From NCBI GenBank assembly GCA_037133055.1, contig JBAXOY010000058.1:1-18534 (forward strand): 18,534 bases of DNA, written 5' to 3'. The first letter of the stretch is position 1. The number at the start of each line of letters is the position of its first letter. Shown one piece after another: positions 15,856 through 18,534 of this stretch. The DNA is from Chlamydiota bacterium. Lineage in GTDB: Bacteria > Auribacterota > Tritonobacteria > UBA1439. Both the position numbers and the translations under genes were made by a program. Below the pieces are notes generated by a model. The model ran no database searches. It was not told the DNA's origin and was given only the letters and a program-made list of their open reading frames with translations.

Positions 15856-16491
15856 ATGGTACAGCTCCGGTCGTTCGTCTTCATCGACAGTCTCCAGCCC
15901 CAGCTCGCCTCGTTCGTCGCCTCCGCGGCGAAGGGCTTCATGCCGGTCGCGGGCATGGCGTCCCTCTATGTCGAGGTCGCCCCGGGCATGGAGATCATCA
16001 AGGCCCTCGATGTCGCCCTCAAGGCGACCTCCTGCCGGCCGGCGGTGCAGGTTGTCGAACGCGCCTACGGCTGCCTCGAGGTCCACTCCGACGACAAGGG
16101 CCAGGTCCTCAACGCCGGCAGGGCGATCCTCGACTACCTCGGCCTCAAGGAGGAGGACCGCCTGAAGCCCAAGGTCGTCTCCACCGCCATCATCCGCCGC
16201 ATCAGCCCGTACCAGTCCCAGCTCATCAACAAGGGGAGGGACGGCTCGATGCTCCTCGGCGACCAGACGCTCTTCACCATGGAGACCGACCCCGCCGCCT
16301 ACGTGACGATCGCGGCGAACGAAGCCGAGAAGGCCTCGCACGTGACGTTGATCGAGGTGCGCCCCGTGGGTCGTTTCGGGCGCCTCTACCTCGGCGGCGA
16401 GGAGCGCGACATCATGGTCGGCAGCGAGGCGGCGAGCAAGGCGATCGAGGGGATCTCGGGCAGGGAACAGACGGGCAAGGGCGGGGAATAA
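15856..16491 (+). CDS. Bacterial microcompartment tandem-domain shell protein (BMC-T, permuted CcmP / Haliangium double-layer type)
   Basis: LRSFVFIDSLQPQL, VEVAPG, DVALKAT...P..QVVERAYG.LEVH, ETDPAAY...AANEAEKA and GRFGRLYLGG. SD AAAGGGG before ATG 15856. Confidence 0.92.
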   Translation: MVQLRSFVFIDSLQPQLASFVASAAKGFMPVAGMASLYVEVAPGMEIIKALDVALKATSCRPAVQVVERAYGCLEVHSDDKGQVLNAGRAILDYLGLKEEDRLKPKVVSTAIIRRISPYQSQLINKGRDGSMLLGDQTLFTMETDPAAYVTIAANEAEKASHVTLIEVRPVGRFGRLYLGGEERDIMVGSEAASKAIEGISGREQTGKGGE

Positions 16492-16578
16492 CTCCGGCGG
16501 TTCAGGGTCAGACCTCGACTATTGACTGAAATATAGATCGTCAAAACGGAATCGCATAACTAAAGAAAGGGGGTCGCG

Positions 16579-16869
16579 ATGTCAGAGGCACTGGGAATGA
16601 TCGAGACGCGGGGTTTCGCGGCGATGGTCGAGGCGGCGGACGCCATGGTGAAGGCGGCGAAGGTCGAGCTCGTGAGCTACGAGAAGATCGGCGGCGGTTA
16701 CGTGACGGCGATCGTGCGCGGCGACGTGGCGGCGGTGCGTGCGGCGACCGAGGCCGGCGCGCGCGGCGCGGAGAAGGTGGGCGAGCTCGTGTCCGTGCAC
16801 ATCATCCCGCGGCCGCACGTGAACGTGGATGCGGTGCTCCCGCTCGGGCGCCCCGACGGGAAAGACTGA
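16579..16869 (+). CDS. BMC hexamer shell protein (EutM/PduA/CcmK family)
   Basis: [10 protein letters not shown]...[12 protein letters not shown]...[17 protein letters not shown]...G...[13 protein letters not shown]. Confidence 0.97.
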   Translation: MSEALGMIETRGFAAMVEAADAMVKAAKVELVSYEKIGGGYVTAIVRGDVAAVRAATEAGARGAEKVGELVSVHIIPRPHVNVDAVLPLGRPDGKD

Positions 16870-16975
16870 CTGGCGGGTCGGGGGTTCGTGGATGAGGACG
16901 GAGTGCGGCCGTTTCGCCGCCCCCCCCTTCTGACCCCTGGACTTCTGAACCCTGAACCCTTTTAAGGAGGCGTTC

Positions 16976-17275
16976 ATGCTCCTTGGCAAAGTGATGGGCA
17001 CCCTCGTCTCCACGCAGAAGGACGAGAAGCTCCGCGGCCTGAAGTTCTACCTCGTGGAGAAGCTCGACCTCCAGGGCGCGCCGACGGGAACCTTCGTCGT
17101 CGCCGCCGACTCGGTGGGGGCGGGCGTGGGGGAGGTCGTCATGTACGTCTCCGGAAGCTCCGCGCGCTACACGGCGGCGACGGAGGGGAAGCCGGCCGAC
17201 GCGACGATCATCGGCATCGTCGACTCGTGGGACCTGAACGGGAAGACCGCGTACGACAAGAGCAGGCAGTCGTAA
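16976..17275 (+). CDS. BMC pentamer vertex protein (EutN/CcmL family)
   Basis: M.LGKV.GT.VST.KDE.L.G.K, VA.D.VGAG.GE.V....GSSAR and DA.I.GIVD. SD AAGGAGG. Confidence 0.96.
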   Translation: MLLGKVMGTLVSTQKDEKLRGLKFYLVEKLDLQGAPTGTFVVAADSVGAGVGEVVMYVSGSSARYTAATEGKPADATIIGIVDSWDLNGKTAYDKSRQS

Positions 17276-17350
17276 TCGGGGTTCGGGGTTCGGAACGCCG
17301 CATCCGGGTTCCCCCGATCCCGAACCATCAACCATCGCAGGGAGCGAGCC

Positions 17351-18534
17351 ATGAACCTCACTGAAGCGCAGATCGCGGCGATCGTCGAAAACGTCATCAC
17401 GCGCCTCGCCGGCGAGGGGGCGGTCGAGAAGGCGGCCTCCGCGGGGACCTCGTCCGGGGACGGCGTATTCCCGGACGTCGACTCCGCCCTGAGGGCCGCC
17501 GAGCTGGCCCAGCGCGAGCTCGATGCCCAGTCGCTCGACAAGCGCCGCGAGATGGTCGCGGTGATCCGCCGCGCCGTCGAGGAGAACGTCCAGACGCTCG
17601 CCCGCATGGCGATCGACGAGACGAAGCTCGGCCGCTATGAGGACAAGATAACGAAGAACCTCTGCGTGGCCCAGCGCACCCCCGGCACCGAGGACCTGAA
17701 GCCGATCGCCTTCACCGGCGACCACGGCCTCACCCTCGTCGAGCGCGCCCCGTACGGGGTCATCGGCTCCATCACCCCCTGCACCAACCCCTCCGAGACG
17801 ATCATCTGCAACGGCATCGGCATGATCGCCGGGGGCAACTCCGTCGTCTTCAACCCGCACCCCACCGCGAAGGGCATCTCCGCCTTCACCGTGCGGCTCC
17901 TCAACAAAGCGATCGTGGCGGTCGGCGGCCCGCGGAACCTCCTCTGCTGCATCGCCGAGCCGACGCAGGAGTCGGCGGGCGAGATGATGAAGCACCCCAC
18001 GGTGCGCCTCGTGGTGGTGACGGGGGGCGGCGGGGTGGTCAAGGCCGCCATGAACAGCGGCAAGAAGGCGATCTGCGCCGGCCCCGGGAACCCCCCGGTG
18101 GTCGTGGACGAGACGGCGGACATCGCAAAGGCCGGGAAGGACATCGTCGCCGGCGCATCCCTCGACAACAACATCATCTGCGTGGACGAGAAGGAGGCCA
18201 TCGCCGTCGACTCCATCGCCGACCGGCTGAAGGCCGAAATGAAGGGGCACGGCGCCTACGAGCTCACCGGGCGCGACATCGAGCGCCTGACGAACCTCGT
18301 CATCACGAAGCGCTCCGCCCCCCCGCACGAGAGCGCGGTGAACAAGGCGTGGGTCGGCAAGGACGCGGCGGTCATCCTCAAGGAGCTCGGCATCAGCGCC
18401 CCGCCCGAGACGCGGCTCATCCTCGTGGACGTCGAGCGCGACCACCCGCTCCTCTGGTCCGAACAGCTCATGCCGGTCCTCCCCCTGACGCGGGTGAGGC
18501 ACGTGGCCGAGGCGATCGGCCTCGCCCTCGAGAG
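17351..18534 (+). CDS. BMC-associated acylating (CoA-dependent) aldehyde dehydrogenase, EutE/PduP family; 3' end lies outside the window
   Basis: Translated by hand from ATG 17351. Encapsulation-like helix MNLTEAQIAAIVENVITRL, then PGTEDL, GDHGLTL.E.APYGVIGSITP.TNP, VTGG.GVV, AGPGNPPVVVDETAD, catalytic DNNIICVDEK and EQLMPVLP. Confidence 0.95.
   Translation, partial: MNLTEAQIAAIVENVITRLAGEGAVEKAASAGTSSGDGVFPDVDSALRAAELAQRELDAQSLDKRREMVAVIRRAVEENVQTLARMAIDETKLGRYEDKITKNLCVAQRTPGTEDLKPIAFTGDHGLTLVERAPYGVIGSITPCTNPSETIICNGIGMIAGGNSVVFNPHPTAKGISAFTVRLLNKAIVAVGGPRNLLCCIAEPTQESAGEMMKHPTVRLVVVTGGGGVVKAAMNSGKKAICAGPGNPPVVVDETADIAKAGKDIVAGASLDNNIICVDEKEAIAVDSIADRLKAEMKGHGAYELTGRDIERLTNLVITKRSAPPHESAVNKAWVGKDAAVILKELGISAPPETRLILVDVERDHPLLWSEQLMPVLPLTRVRHVAEAIGLALE

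Noticed and set aside
16802..18502. 566-aa minus-strand ORF
   Set aside because: Antisense to BMC-P and the aldehyde dehydrogenase.
7735..18534. Pathway link radical SAM (5'-deoxyadenosine) to MtnP to aldehyde to BMC
   Set aside because: Chemically plausible through the DHAP shunt, but mtnP has a separate promoter (9825-9853), lies 7 kb from the BMC operon on the opposite strand, and no isomerase or aldolase is visible.

Overview
GC-rich bacterial chromosomal window; the taxon cannot be determined from the sequence. From left to right it contains: a DinG/YoaA-family Fe-S helicase with an N-terminal JAB/RadC-like domain (minus strand, runs off the left edge); a small orphan gene with a good sigma70 promoter; a GyrI-like gene remnant; and a TIGR04073-like secreted protein. 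Next is an apparent minus-strand operon of three divergent, full-length paralogous pol-beta-fold nucleotidyltransferases resembling the archaeal-type COG1665/AF1967 family, followed by pcm. This operon is the best candidate for an undescribed system. Further on are a secreted low-complexity protein, a membrane/coiled-coil protein coupled to MTA phosphorylase (mtnP), and a surface-glycosylation cluster (radical SAM, GT2, two GT-C/ArnT-like proteins). The window ends with the start of a bacterial microcompartment operon (BMC-T, BMC-H, BMC-P, acylating aldehyde dehydrogenase with encapsulation peptide, runs off the right edge). Intergenic spacers carry several short-repeat and hairpin elements. 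All family assignments come from manual motif recognition, not database searches.
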